Part shown: positions 13,674 to 27,699 of the stretch, one piece after another | Layout of the letters: every line of letters starts with the position of its first letter | How positions within the stretch are numbered: the stretch's first letter is position 1 | From: Owenia fusiformis | Lineage: Eukaryota | Assembly: GCA_903813345.2 (NCBI GenBank) | Contig: CAIIXF020000001.1 | Span: 18,042,001 to 18,106,000 of the forward strand | Reading direction: 5' to 3' | DNA: 64,000 nt | Position numbers and translations under genes: made by a program | The notes under the pieces: generated by a model | The model's input: only the letters and a program-made list of their open reading frames with translations | What the model was told of the DNA's origin: nothing | The model's database searches: none

Positions 13674-16600
13674 TTTGATATTCATCAGTCACGTGTACAG
13701 CCGTTGAATATCGCTTTTTATTTTTAGTCACGTGTAGGACATAGACCAATCATAAGTGAGGAATATGACAGTTTTATAGTAATACTGGATAGTTAAGGGA
13801 TTTATTTATCTCGATTTCATCCTATACATGGTATAACACGAGATATATCGACTGGTTATTGTTAGTAAAAACTTAATCTTGTTTTTATTACAAGTCGATC
13901 TTATCCAACATAATACAATGGTGACCATCATATGAGTTTGGCGATGATATATTTTCTCTCGATGGTGCTTTCTGAAAGTTCACTCCAAAATATTGCTTTT
14001 TTGACTAATTTAGTAATAAAAACAAATCTGCGTTACTGTCAGCCTTTGTATTTTAAAGGATAATTTATTTTGAAATCAATAGACATATTTCTTTTCTGAA
14101 CTCTCCGGAGAGTTTTATTTTGTCCATTTATTGTTTGATTTAGGTATGTCTAGGCTCTAGTGATCCATTTATACTTAGCCTTAGATATTGCTATATCGTA
14201 CTCAGCAACCCTAATAAACTAATTTTTATTGGGGAGATGTCCTCATGGCCAAAAGGTTGCCTTTATGTATGGTTAACATGTGCTAGTAGAAAGTATGTAC
14301 AAGACCAACTGTTTAACAAAATGGAGTCCGCAAGAAATCCACGAGTTGTGAGTATTGTTTGTGATGGTTTGTGATCTATTGCTCTCTCTAATTACAACAT
14401 ATTACGTTTGAATTTATATGTTCGTCTCTGTTCTATGACAGTTCTATGAATGCTGATAGTACATAACCTACAAACGGCATTTTCATTTTTTCCGAAAGTA
14501 TTTCTCAATGAGTGTATTTTCACGCTGGAGTATACGTGTACTAGCTATGCCTGGTATGTTGCAACCGTACAAAGGTAAGTGTACGCCAGTACTTATCAAA
14601 CAAGTTAAGGATCTGAATGTAGGTCAAGAACGACCGGCGCATTTGTCGACATTTTGGGGAGAAATTATATTTTGTCGAAATATTTTATGACTATTAAATT
14701 TTTACTGTTTAATTGCCATTTCCGGAGATGATTATGGGGCTGACTTATAGTATTCTATCATATATTGTATAAGTACCAGTAAGTAGTATAAATACTGCGG
14801 TAATAAGGGGATTTCGATGATAATTGGAACGCCGAAAAATATATAAGTTTGTAATCAGGTAACCTATATCATTTTTACGGTCTGCCCCAAGGTTCATTCA
14901 GAATGTACCGCTAGTCTGTTTGAATAGCTTTGTCTATTCTCATGATAATGCCTGCATACAGGGTCCACATGTAATGTTATTTAAATGTTCTATCACATTT
15001 ACTTTTGATTTACTGTTTAATAATGATGATCATGATTAATGACTAATGTATAAACTATTCAAAACAAGGGATTAGAGCGTGCTGTGATGCCTTTTGAAAA
15101 TAAACTGGTGATCCATCTGATTTAACTAAAATAAAATATTACGATCTGTGAGAATATTGGGTCCTGTCACATGGCAAGTCATGATGGTGGTACTATATTC
15201 GATTTCTTCCACCATGCCATCGATTGTAATCCCGCCCCATGGCGCTTTTGGTTACATAAACTTTCTTTCTGACTCCTCAAAGAGAACGAATTTGGGTTCT
15301 TTATGGAGCTCAATTACCATAATATCAGACGTATAGACATCCAATTTAAAACAATTGAATTAATATTAAAGGAATATTTACTTATTCATTATATTTGATC
15401 GGCCTTTTTAAAATGAATGTCTTTGTCAGATGCCAAGCGTTCAACTGAAACAACTGCCATGCATAATGTTTGTATTTTCAATAGTCCAATCCCATCTCAC
15501 ATAACAAAAACATTACTTCATGGTATGTATTCATCTATTTTAGGCACATATATGCAATGTATTGTAATATTTTCTTTCCAACAACTTGATCTTCTGAAGA
15601 AGACAATCAGGACCGATAATACTCATCAGTCCATTTGAAAAAGTTACAGTGCAACATGGATTAATATGCGCTCATTACATTCATTAATTTGTTTACTGCT
15701 ATTGATGTGTTAGAATTGATGCAATTAACATAAGCAGTCGACTGAAACAACAGAGGTGATGCCAGTTGCATGTTGTTACGGATTAGTAATAGTCCTTTGC
15801 TGAGTTACCCTGTATGTATAACTGCACAAGTAAAACGGGTTTGGTCATCCCATTTTTGACCAGACCAATGTCCCTCTATTTTGACTATTTGTAGTATGTC
15901 CAAACTACAATTTCATATTATGACCATTTATAGATGTCACGTTGATATATATCTCTATCTTTACTCAGTGAACCCAAGCGTATAACTACTTGTTATTACA
16001 TAACAATTAAGGGGTGTGTGTGATGTACTACTTTGGGATCTACCAGATCAATGTACCTCCTAGCGGAACGTAAAACAACTACCCCTTTACATGGCCATGG
16101 TACAGCATGTTATAACAGTGGGATAGTCAGAATCTAATTAAACATGTTGCTATAGAAACTAAGCTTGTGTAGTTCGATAAATATATTTGGAATGCAACTA
16201 CAAATCCATCTGCATTTATAACCGATATCTCACAGTGTATCAAGAGAAGTATAGTAGTGAACTCGTATGTTCTGTCAATAGAATTCCAGATCTAGTAGGA
16301 AGAAAAGAAATTATTTTTCTTCAACCAAGCCCAAATCTACCAATCGACTGCCTGACAGAATCCACCATTTTAAAACTAAAATGAAAACATATGAAGTATT
16401 AGGAGATAGAAACATAACAGACATAAAGTATAAAAACTGTCAAAATATACTTTAAAAGTTACTTTGCATTTTTAGGAATTGTGTAGCCATATATCTTTTA
16501 TGATATCGTGTCCATCCGATAGGTGGCCAGCACTGACGCCCTTTCTTTGGCGCAAATGTCTAATCAGCAAATTGCTACAGTTTCATTAATTGGAATTATT

Positions 16601-18789
16601 CGATTTAGGTCTACTTTGATGTTTGATTTAAGGGATGACGGCCAGTTGAGTTTATGAGTTCACTGTCAAAGAGAATTGGGTGTAACATTCTCCAAATGCA
16701 TTTCTCTTATATTGAATACCATCCAATCAATATAGTTTGAATGAGTGGAGGTGGAACTCGATAGAGCGAAATCGCCACACAAAGTCGCACGTGTATTAAC
16801 AGACATGTATGTCACCATGGCAACATGATATTTTGGCATTATCAGAACCACCCAAAGGGTGTTTATTTAAAATGCGGAAAAGCATAAACCATCTAAATGG
16901 TAGCAATAACGACAAGATAGTCGTCTATAACTACCACATGGTTATATAAGTTTGTGATTTGAAACTGGAATGGGCAGTTATGATATAAGTTCAGATATAC
17001 AAAGGCCAATAATTTTCGAATGAGTAGGTTTTTAATTACATATCAAACAAAATAGTTCACAAAAGTTGCCCAGATACACTGGCAAAGCGAATTTAGACTC
17101 CCACCATACATAACCTCGCCACATGGCAACACCATGATGACACACAGACATATCACTGTACAATGATCATCTGAATGCATTTGAAAGTAACAATTCTAAA
17201 TAACCTAGCTGACAAGATACAAAGATGTGTAGAAATCCACAAAAGAGACAAAATACAACCCATTTCCCAAATGATACTTTTGGGCACACATAATTCCTTG
17301 TTGCAGTTATTTTTAGTCTTTCAAAAATGTGTACCTCATGTAATTTTAGGTAAATGATAGATTGTTCGTTTATAAATAAAGAATTCGAAATTCATCATTC
17401 AACTGAATTTGAAAATATCATTGCAATATTTGTCACGATAACTTGCCTGTAATTTTGTCACCCTCTATAACTGTAATTCAAGCTCAAACAAACTAACTAT
17501 CAAATCTCTAATTTAAATAGAAACGTCAGTTTCCAGAATATGTGGTTGGCATGGCAATGTGAATGATAATCTGGATATGATCCATCAAGTTAGCCATCAA
17601 TCGAATATTCTGGAAGGGCAAGAGTATGGGTCTAAGGATTGGTTTTGTATGAAAAAAGAAGAGGTAATTATAAATTATATAATCTTGTTTTTGGAAAATT
17701 CGGTTCCATTCGACAATGATTAGGAATAAAATCAATCACTTTACATGACGAACGTGCACATATCATTTATTTGTATTTTTCATCATCTTTATGATATAGT
17801 TTATCCAATGCTAATCATTGTTTGACTGGGCATTTCCAGGTGTTATACTTTTAATTTGATTATATACCTGGTTAAAAGTGCTCTGGGCTATGAAGGGACG
17901 CATCTAGACTGAGAAAAAACCAAGAACATTTAAACTGAAATACTCATGCATGCCATATTAATTATTTGGGGAAAATTGAACATTTTCCCCAATTTTTCCG
18001 AATTCTCTGAATCCTAAATAACTTCACCAATCTTGGGATATTTTGTGGGATAGTAAGAAATGGATTGGTACATGAAAGTTAATTTGATATTTTGCATGCA
18101 ATTTTGTCACCCCTTTATATCTGATTCTGATGTACCAGCCACATTTACACTTGGGTAAGATACCCTTAGCACAATCAAACGCAAAAAAAGGAGACCAAAG
18201 CGTATTACCCCATATATCCTAAAACTATGATCTAATGCCCATATTCTAACACTCATCCCCTCTCCACCTTTAAGAATTGAGAATGCAGTCTAAAAGACGT
18301 TGGTCAGGCTACTTCCACTATGCAAGTTCATAAGTATGTCAAAAGGGCCAACGATGAGCCACCTCCAAAGGTTGAAAACACAGCGAACGATTCACGACAA
18401 TTACCAGAGGGTAAAAGTAAAAGCAATGCTGAAAATCACAGTTAGACTAAATGTAGACAGTCAAGGTGATCAGTTACATTTAGACTGAAATAGTCAAATT
18501 ATGCAGCCATATTTACACTACATAGCACATTGAGTGCAATATTTAGAATAGCATTCACATCAAAACAAATTAAGGTGGACGAAACATAGTGCCAGCAATG
18601 ATTTTAGACTTGGATGTGATGTTATATCATATCATAGCATATCTTATCATATCATTGCATACATATTGTTTAAAAATATAAATTTTTAATGACTTCTGAT
18701 GATTTTGAAATTGTTAACGAATTGATACATTTTATAAATAAACTTTTTAATCAGCGTCGGGAGCTATTTGAAAAAGGAAAAAAATTAGA

Positions 18790-18906
18790 TTGTATGCATG
18801 TTGTTTTTTTAACTGTATAATTATATGTAAATGTCTTGTAATTGATTTTGTGAGGAAACCAAGTGTTTGGTTTGAAACACAATAAAATCTTGAATCTTGA
18901 ATCTTG
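18790..18906 (+). mobile_element. 3' tail of a 5'-truncated non-LTR retrotransposon (CR1/L2-type)
   Basis: T-rich 3'UTR-like stretch, AATAAA at 18881, then (AATCTTG)x3 at 18886-18906, the short tandem tail typical of CR1/L2-group LINEs. The 5' boundary is approximate. Confidence 0.55.
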
Positions 18907-20005
18907 TTTATCAATCAAAACATTATTGCGAAGTATATTGTGTCAAGGGGGTATGGAGGGAAATCTATTGAGATATTAAATGAGACCAAAAGAAGCAACT
19001 CACTGTTCTTTATCCATGCTCCAAAAACATTTTGGGGGCATATACTGCCATGGACTTATCATTTGTATTGTACCCTGCGACTTTAATATAATGATGTAAA
19101 CATTAAGTACTTGTTAAACTCTGAGAAGATATTGCAGTGAGGCCATGGACACAATTCAAGGCATAACATCGGGTCAGCAACTTGTGAGTTATAGCCAACA
19201 TAAACCATAGTCTTGAAGAATAATTCGCTTCAATACATTTCGTATCCTCACATTGTTTAAAACAGTATATTTACAAAGAGGGTGATTTGTTTCTTAATAA
19301 CAGATCTGTTTTCATTTATTTGCGAACCAATCTATGATAAATGTCCCGTGGTAAGCAGGCTATCAGAATAACAATACATCCCGCTTTCTAGCGATAAGTG
19401 AACCGTGATATGGCAAACCTATTTCTGCCGCGCCTTCCCGAGTAATTAATATTTTTGTTCTATCCACGCTCCCATAAAAAAGCATCTTATTATGTTCCCT
19501 TCCCCTTTAAACACACCAGATCCAGTGATAAATTGTACTTTTTAAACCAACATTATTATCTCAACCAAAAACATGGAGATAACTTGACATTAACGACTAA
19601 GTAAAGTGGTGTCCCTCTTGCAGTAGACTTCGTTTACCAGTATATGTGTTTTTGCAGTATAGAGGAGTCATCTTTTCAATTGGCCAGGATTTTGTGACAC
19701 GCCACGGGGAAGTTAAAGGGTGTAATCAAAACTCCTATGCTGCATCCATCTTTAGCTGAAGGAACTTTGAATGTACAATGATGCCCTTGGGCCATATGTC
19801 TTGATAGAAATGTTGCAGCTAGAGACATTTTTCATACTATCCAGTCTCGTTTGCAGTTTTCTATTCCCATATAAGTCGTAGTTGGAAGAACATCATTTTT
19901 CTCACTGTACGAGTTGAATATTGAGCTCAAAATATAGGGCACTGATTTCAGTGTGCTGTTTCGTTCCTATGGGTAACACTAGTTGGATCGGTGATCGTAC
20001 TAAAT

Positions 20006-20080
20006 GGACTATGTTTACCCTGTAGAACCGAGCGAGTGTATAACCTTGTCACCACTCGTTTCTCGGGGTACTTGTATTCT
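20006..20080 (+). ncRNA. mir-10: miR-10 family microRNA precursor (lophotrochozoan miR-10b-like paralogue)
   Basis: The 5' arm (T)TACCCTGTAGAACCGAGCGAGTG (20015/16-20038) shares TACCCTGTAGA-CCGA with miR-10. The 3' arm CACTCGTTTCTCGGGGTA (20053-20070) pairs back with it. A lower stem forms between GGACTATG and TGTATTCT, and a CNNC motif (CAAC, 20089-20092) lies about 17 nt downstream of the expected 3' end. Confidence 0.88.
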
Positions 20081-21480
20081 ATTCATAGCAACAAAGATAG
20101 ATCATGATGAACTTTACCTCGTAAGTTGGATCGTTTTACAATTTACGTCACTGATAAACATGTATATTAGAATTTTTTATGTAGTAGGTATATTGTTCAT
20201 GTTATATTCGTTGAATTTGAAAGAAAGGAAACGTCAATGAGAGTAAATTATAATATGACCCACAATGTAGGTCAGGATGTCTCCTTATTGTAAAAACAAT
20301 TTTGACAATAACTGGTCGACGCGCAGCTTGTGAGGTACATGGACTTAAGTCCAGGTTAATATAAACTTTAAAATAAACTAAAATTATATTTGGTTTTCTA
20401 TATATACGCATGGTATATCTATAAATATCTGTATATTATCATGGCTTTCGATATCTGTATAGTTGTAAAAACACATTAAATGATGCTTGTAAGTTTGAAA
20501 TTAAAAGGAACGAGCATCAGCACAACATTCGTCTAATATCAAAATTGCCGAGATTTTCATTGTGACCCATAATTACACTTATTACATTATCGCCAGTAAT
20601 GTCCGAATATTCCTTTATAATCTAATGGATAATCAATCTAATAACAATAACCAATTTTTAATTAGATTTTTAACCATACTAAGTACATGTATGGTCAGTC
20701 AGATTTACGATAATGTTGAAAGGATTTCCCTTCATTTCTTTAATTCATATATTGCATTCTTAAAACTCATCAATCACCTATGAAGAGTCTTAAATGAAAA
20801 GGGTGTGCTTGGACAAAGAATGGATTTCAATTAGATGACAGTGCTATGATTATATTTGGCCACTATACAAGGACAGTCTGATTGGCAATATGCATGCAAT
20901 TTTGTTAGAGTGCGAAAAATCGTGTCACTGCTTTTTAAAATCTAAAAAGGAACATTAGTCTAATTACATCGTTCCCAGTAGATGTATTAGTTTAGTAATA
21001 TATGTCATATCATCGACAAATATTACTATTAGTCCTGACTTTTGTGGAAATACATACAGTTGCATATTCCCATGACTAAAATTAATATGAACAATGATTC
21101 GACTGAACTATGAAGAATTTCTCCGTTGGGTGAGCCAAGATACACGCTATATAATTTACAACCGTGTAGTTTATGTTTTAATTGTTTACTATGTTTTTGA
21201 TGTGATATAATATATGTTTAACTGGAAACCTTCCCTTTAGTGTACTATAATATTTGCATACTTGTACAAATTACTCATCCTGATGATTTAGACCAATATC
21301 GTTCAAAAATATGAACCTTATTACCAATTGTTATATCCAGCTGGTGCTAGCTTGACACCCATGTTATTTCCCTTTAGCTGGCTTTTAACCCGATCCTACA
21401 TTGCATTTTCCGTTTTGGGTAAATGGAAATAAAGAATAGGAAATTAGATTCTGGAACTAGGATTCATATACTGATTCATA

Positions 21481-22505
21481 AGGGAGATATGGTATCATCT
21501 AAATTGATACATGTTGGAGGTATGGCGTCATCTTAACTTATTCATTTGGGAGGTATGCCGTCATCTAAACTGATACATTTGGGAGGTATTGCGTCATCTA
21601 AACTGATACATTTGGGAGGTATGGCATCTTCAAAACTAATTAATTTTGGTGGTATGGCGTAATCTAAACTAATTCATTTGTGAGGTATGGTATCATCTAA
21701 ACTGATACATTTGGGAGATATGGTGTCATCTAAACTAATTCATTTGGGAGATATGGTGTCATCTAAACTAATTCATTTGGGCTACATGGAGTCATCTTAT
21801 ACTAATTCGTATGGGACGTATGGTGTCATCTAGACTGATACATATGGGATATATGGCATCATCTAAACTAATACATATGGTAGATATGGTGTCATCTAAA
21901 CTGATACATAATGGAGGTATGACGTCATATTAACTAAATCATTTGGGAGGTATGGCGTAATCTAAACTTATTTATTTGGGAGGTATGGTATCATCTAAAC
22001 TGATACATTTGGGAGATATGGTGTCATCTAAACTAATTCAATTGGGATATATGGTGTCATCTAAGCTAATTCAATTGGGATATATGGTGTCATCTAAGCT
22101 AATTTATTGGGGAGGTATGGTGTCATCTAAGCAATTCATTTGGGAGGTACACTGATAGATTTGGGAGGTATGGCATCTTCAAAACTAGTTCATTTGGGAG
22201 GTATGACGTCATCTAAGGTGATACATTTTGGAGGGATGGCGTCATCTAAACTAATTCATTTGGGAGGTATGACGTCATCTAAGCAGATATATTTTGGAGG
22301 GATGGCGTCATCTAAACTTATTCATTTGGGAAGTATGGTGTAATCTAAACTAATACATATGAGAGGTGTTGTCATTTAAACTGATATATTTGGGAGGTAT
22401 GGTGCGGCCCACCGTAAACTGACATATTTGGGAGATATGATGTCACCTAAACTGATTTATATGGGAGGTATGGTGTCATCTAAATTGATACATTGGGGAG
22501 GTATG
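21481..22505. repeat. 33-bp minisatellite, about 31 degenerate copies
   Basis: Consensus about TTGGGAGGTATGG(C/T)GTCATCTAAACT(GATA/AATT)CAT, repeated head-to-tail. It explains the 11-aa periodic ORF at 22140-22343. Confidence 0.95.
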
Positions 22506-23184
22506 TTGCAAGTATAAGAATCATATGACCGAGCACGCTGTGTTATTAATAATTCAAATCAAGCACCAGTTTCGTTACACCAGCATTCTTCTAGGGACGT
22601 GTGTCTTGAATATGTGAAGTTTGGTCTTGTGGATATCTTCGCATTTTGTGCATCATGTATTGAGCACTGAGATGAAGCTTTCAGATATGGCCCACTCTTG
22701 AAACCTACCTTCTCCTCGATTCTAAAATTCACGAGGAATGTATTTAGCATGCACACAATGGACCCTGTTATGATAAAAAATTATCAAAAATTTCGATATA
22801 TCTTGGGTCTACATGTCAGATGCTGTGGTATGAATGCCTGCATTGACAGCAGCGGCTGTGGTTTTAAAGTTCTCCTTCATTTTTCTATTTTTACCTTTAT
22901 TGCCTGGCCCACATCATTTGACTCGACTGAATACATGAAGGCCGAAGCTTATATTCATGCATACTAATATCTGCATACATTTCTTCACCATGACCTCAGT
23001 ATGATATAATGTGCCATTCTCTTTTTTAATTGTGATACTTGGACCTGTGATGTTGGAGAGAGGGTAGACGACCGTATTTCCTTAATAGTTAGATCATAAT
23101 TTTGGATATTTGGGATTTGTTTTACTTATGATGGCTTCATTTGCACTTATGTTTTATTTGAATACTGCTCTTGTCATACTCTTT

Positions 23185-24231
23185 CACGGGTCACAGCGGA
23201 CCCGGCTACATACAACCTACCTGAAAATGTCGGAAGGTGTAATGGGGTAAGTTTTTTTAACTCCGGTTTATATCTTGAATTACTCAATTTCATAAAAAGA
23301 TATAACACAGGTGTCTGATTCACTGATATAGTTATTATTCCAGACTCTCATATTTGATTCAAAGATACAATAGGGGCAAATATATCACATTTTTACTGGC
23401 ATGCGTTGCATATCGTTGAAAACGCCGGTAAAAGTTGAAAATGAAAGATCCGTTATATCACGAGTGATCTATAGGACATGATTATACCACCTATTCCGAT
23501 AATACCGCGAGTAGATTTGAGTGAGTTTGCGAGCAAGCTTTCTGATGCCACTGAATACCATGAAGTATATCACAAATATCCCTATTAATCAATCATGCAC
23601 TCCTTGAGTCAGGATATAATGTAATTCCCGTAGATGCCAAGGACTAATCCAGAGTATTATGGGTTAAGTGTAAAAATATAATAAATAAATAAATTATTCA
23701 AGGTTTTCATTTATTTGCAAATTCTACATTCGAAACCAATGCAACCGATTTTATTCGAGGAATGTTCGGATCCTAAGATCGTTTGCTTAAATATATATAA
23801 TAATGTATGGAATAATTGGAATAATTTCTCTGTCTTTATTTCGGATTATTTTGTTATGGAATAATTTCTCTGTCTTTATTTCGGATTATTTTATTATGGA
23901 ATATATATCAATGTTATTATCAGGTCATTTGTTTTATTGTCTCTATGTTTATGTTTTTTTTAGTAAAGTTTAGGAATTTTGTTACACAAATATTCCATTG
24001 TTCTATGGCGTCATACATGTATGCTGTATATAAAAAAAGACTTGAGGATACGAGTCGAAAGCCTTGATCTAATAAATAATTCTCTGAAGAAATTAATAAA
24101 GTTGTTTTAGTAAATATTATCTTTGTTTTCCATTTTTCTGAGCCGTGCTAGTTTATCAATATTTGAAAGGCGGTAAAAGTGGATCTTACTCGGCGGTAAG
24201 TTGTACTTAGCCGGGTCCTCTATGCCCCGTG
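23185..24231. mobile_element. Non-autonomous DNA transposon with CAC...GTG ends and 5-bp TSD (Transib/RAG-like)
   Basis: Left end CACGGGTCACAGCGGACCCGGCTACATACAACCTACC. Right end (reverse complement) CACGGGGCATAGAGGACCCGGCTAAGTACAACTTACC. TCTTT lies on both sides (23180-23184 and 24232-24236). No transposase ORF. Confidence 0.8.
23821..23900. repeat. 40-bp tandem duplication inside the CAC element
   Basis: ATAATTTCTCTGTCTTTATTTCGGATTATTTT(G/A)TTATGGA x2, one mismatch. Confidence 0.9.
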
Positions 24232-24382
24232 TCTTTCCCATTTTTTAAGTAAACAACTTTATTTTTTTAGTTACCGCTATTTGTGTTTATATTTTAACTG
24301 CTGTATCTATGCAACTTTATTGAAAACGATGCAACTAAATTAAAAAAATGTATACTAATTAATGAAATATAAGTCAGTTCAC

Positions 24383-24440
24383 AAAAATAAGTGAATTCTA
24401 CAACTATTACTAAAAATAAGTGAATTCTACAACTTTTACT
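24383..24440. repeat. 29-bp tandem duplication
   Basis: AAAAATAAGTGAATTCTACAACT(A/T)TTACT x2. Confidence 0.9.
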
Positions 24441-27400
24441 TTGTAAGGATGCTTTTTCATCCCACAAAATATTTTGAATTATTTTTACCAAACACATAGT
24501 AACAATACATCGATTATACTTCTCACTTTTCTGTAGCAAAACTTGAAAAGAGTGTGTCAAGTGGAGCGTACAACTATTTAATGCTTTAATTCTGTCATCG
24601 TTGAAATACCGTATCCTCCATTCTACAATCCATGTTCAACCGTTGATGAACCTTGTCTCAATTTCCATGGATCATAGCATATGAGGTTGCCTTAAACATT
24701 ACCCGATTGACCCGCATAGCTTAACTGAGATCTGCTTCTCATCATAATTTGCGCAAAATGTCACAGTGACTTTTCAAGAAAGTTATAGCTGACTGGTGTC
24801 CATAGCTTAGACTGATCGAGACAGATATTTTCTCTATTGGTATTGCTCAAACAGCCAACCAACTTTCCTTTATTGTCATCCGTGTTTTTGGTTTTGAAAT
24901 AGTTTCAATTGCAAACGATTCTAAAATACCGTCACAACAGTGTTGAGCGGTTTTTGAGTGGCCATTTTGATTTGAATGTGGGTCAATATGACAATGTATT
25001 TGAATTATTTCAACTGTCGCAGACCATAGTTTTTAATTAAGACGAGTCTGAACATATTAGGAAGTAGTGTTCATAAGGTATAAAGGTTTAAGACATGTTT
25101 GGCCATAGCTTTTTTGTAATGCTTAAGCATACGTTCAGATTTGTCCGTTTCAGAGATTGAGCTTGGCTTTTCATGATCAGGTTGTCAATCTGAAACTTTA
25201 TCGCTTTTTGTCACATTATTTGAATCACCTATTAAATGTGTACTGAACACATGTCAATAACCATTCCATAGCGTCTAGAATAGCAAAATTCCCAAATGAT
25301 TATTTTGCAGGAAAACCTTCAAAGGCAAAATAGCCTTCAAAAACCTTCGATGTTTAATGTTCAAAGGTTAATTTGTGTAGTATCCCTGATAATATGTTCC
25401 CCATCCTTGTGAACTTGAAGTGATTGAATTGATTTGGATAAATTCTTTTCATAAAATGAAATAAAAATGTATCATACATTTTAGGAACACATTCTCACAT
25501 ACGTACTCGTACATCAAACATTTTTAGGTTCACATTTCCTACAGCAACCATGCAAACTTGTAACTTGGAAAGGTATCATCTGTATGGTTTGCGAGCTTTT
25601 GGCTTATTAGTATGCCCTAACAAAGACAAATATAATCAAACATGTTGATATCATCTATACAACATTAAATTGATTTTCGTTCGCAATTTAAGAGCATCAT
25701 TGACCTATAAAGGCCAGTGGATTTATAAATCCTCTTACCAATCAAAAATGTATGCATCAACTGGAAATGCCAAGTTCGTGATTTAATTGGTATTTTTGTC
25801 AATTACAAATTATGAGACTAAGATTTCTATATGATATTAGATACGATGGGTGATTGATGTGATTATTGAGATCTCAAAACTCACTAAATGAAATTATGTA
25901 ACCTCAAATTGCATCATTTTGAGGCATAATTAAGGCTTAAACAAGTAACACAGGAGTAGCTGACATTTTAACAAATAAAACGAACAACATGCAATATGTA
26001 TGAATTGACAAAGAAAAACACTTTATCTTGATTAGAATATACTTTCGCTGGAGATATTTCACATATCTTTTCAAAGAACTACAATACTGACGACTAGTTT
26101 ACCATTTTTTAGTTTACACAGGCTGTTTACCGAAACACTTTTCCTTTAAAGCTGCGAAATTTATAGTTTCGTATTCAATTAAGTATGCTCTAAAACTACA
26201 CCCTCTGACATTTTTAAAGATGAACATGTCTCGAATCATGAAGTAGAAAATATACATTTATTTCCCTTTGTTCTTCTAATTCTAATTCGATGTCCCTAGT
26301 CTCAGTTACCTTGCTCAAGGCTCATATAAATGGGAACCTTTTTTTCAATTGACATTTACAAAAGAAAATATAATATGGAGATCTGCTGCTTGGAGTTATT
26401 ATAAAGAATGATGGTACAATGGGGCCCCAGAGACATTACTGGAGTCGGAAGAAAAATGGATATGCCAATAATTTGACATATTTATTCGATCCGTACACTC
26501 AAAGTGGAAATTTTACACTTTCCAAAAATAAGTGTCGTTTGCTTCATTAACTGAACTCACTTTCTAATTAAGGAAGTTAGCTGGACTGCTTTTGGCTTTA
26601 GAAGCTCATCCTCTCCTGTGTTATATTGAATGCTCATTAATCTATTAAAACAGTAAATCATGTTTTTTAACTCACTGATAAATTAATGAGCTATGAACTA
26701 GAATATCAAAATATTGATTCCCGTTTAAAATTTATTATAACACAATTAAAAAGACTAATATCGTATTAATAGTAACGTGTTTTTATCAACATAAATATCT
26801 TGTATTTTTACTTGTGTTTTTTGATTACCAGATATATTACAGCGTGTTTTAATGTTGAGTAGAAAAGTCGTGTGTTGGCATATTGTAGGGATTTTCATAC
26901 AATGACAGCTGAGCCCCTTGAGTTACAACGGGTTAGTCGCGGATCGTCAAAACAATATTCGATTGTTTTTGTGAACTCCCAACGATAAAATGGCTATTTA
27001 TCATGGCCCTGTGCTAAACTTTTGTTACCCCACTTTCTGTTCGGCGATCAATCGGTAGATAAATTTTTGATATTTGAACAGTTTCAATTTATTTCAACAA
27101 TCCCTCGGGGAGTGTAACTCCAGTTTGGTGGATAATAAATTTAACGAATTATATCGGCATGTTCGTAATTATCATTCAGCAGACCACACCATCCCATATG
27201 CAAATGATAATGCAACGTTTTTTGGCAAGCGGTTATGATAAAAAAAAATGGCTGATGTTTTTTTGCAATGTTCATCCATTGAAATAACTAATAACACTTG
27301 CAAACACAACTGTTAAATCTACAATTGCATGAACTTATGTTATTGGTGTCATATTCAACTATGCAGATTTTGTGTATTATCAGCAAAGGTCTATCAAACG

Positions 27401-27699
27401 CTTTTTATATCTTACAATGAACTATCAAAAACGACTGTACATGTATAATGATTAAGAAACTTCGGTTTCTAACCCTAACTTGTATAAGTGAGCAATACAT
27501 TATACTTTAGACTTGTGTTAGGTTGTGTTTTTGTGGTTTTTGTTTTGTAACATCTTATTTTACGTTTGATACGTTGTGCTTTACAGTAAGTGTGTTTTTT
27601 TTTAACCGTTACTACTCCATACACTTGTAGAAGCAAGAAATTCAAAACCTGGAATTTGGTTAAAAAGTACAATTAGGGCCGTGGTTTATCAGTTCAAAC

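Noticed and set aside
15805-15848. TTACCCTGTA as a second miR-10-like sequence
   Set aside because: Only the seed matches, there is no miR-10 3' half, and the fold-back is not convincing.
22140-22343. ORF with 11-aa repeats (LGGMASSKLIH)
   Set aside because: It is a translation of the 33-bp minisatellite; neighbouring units contain stops and indels.
21481-22505. CRISPR-like periodicity
   Set aside because: Units are contiguous with no unique spacers, there are no cas genes, and the context is eukaryotic.
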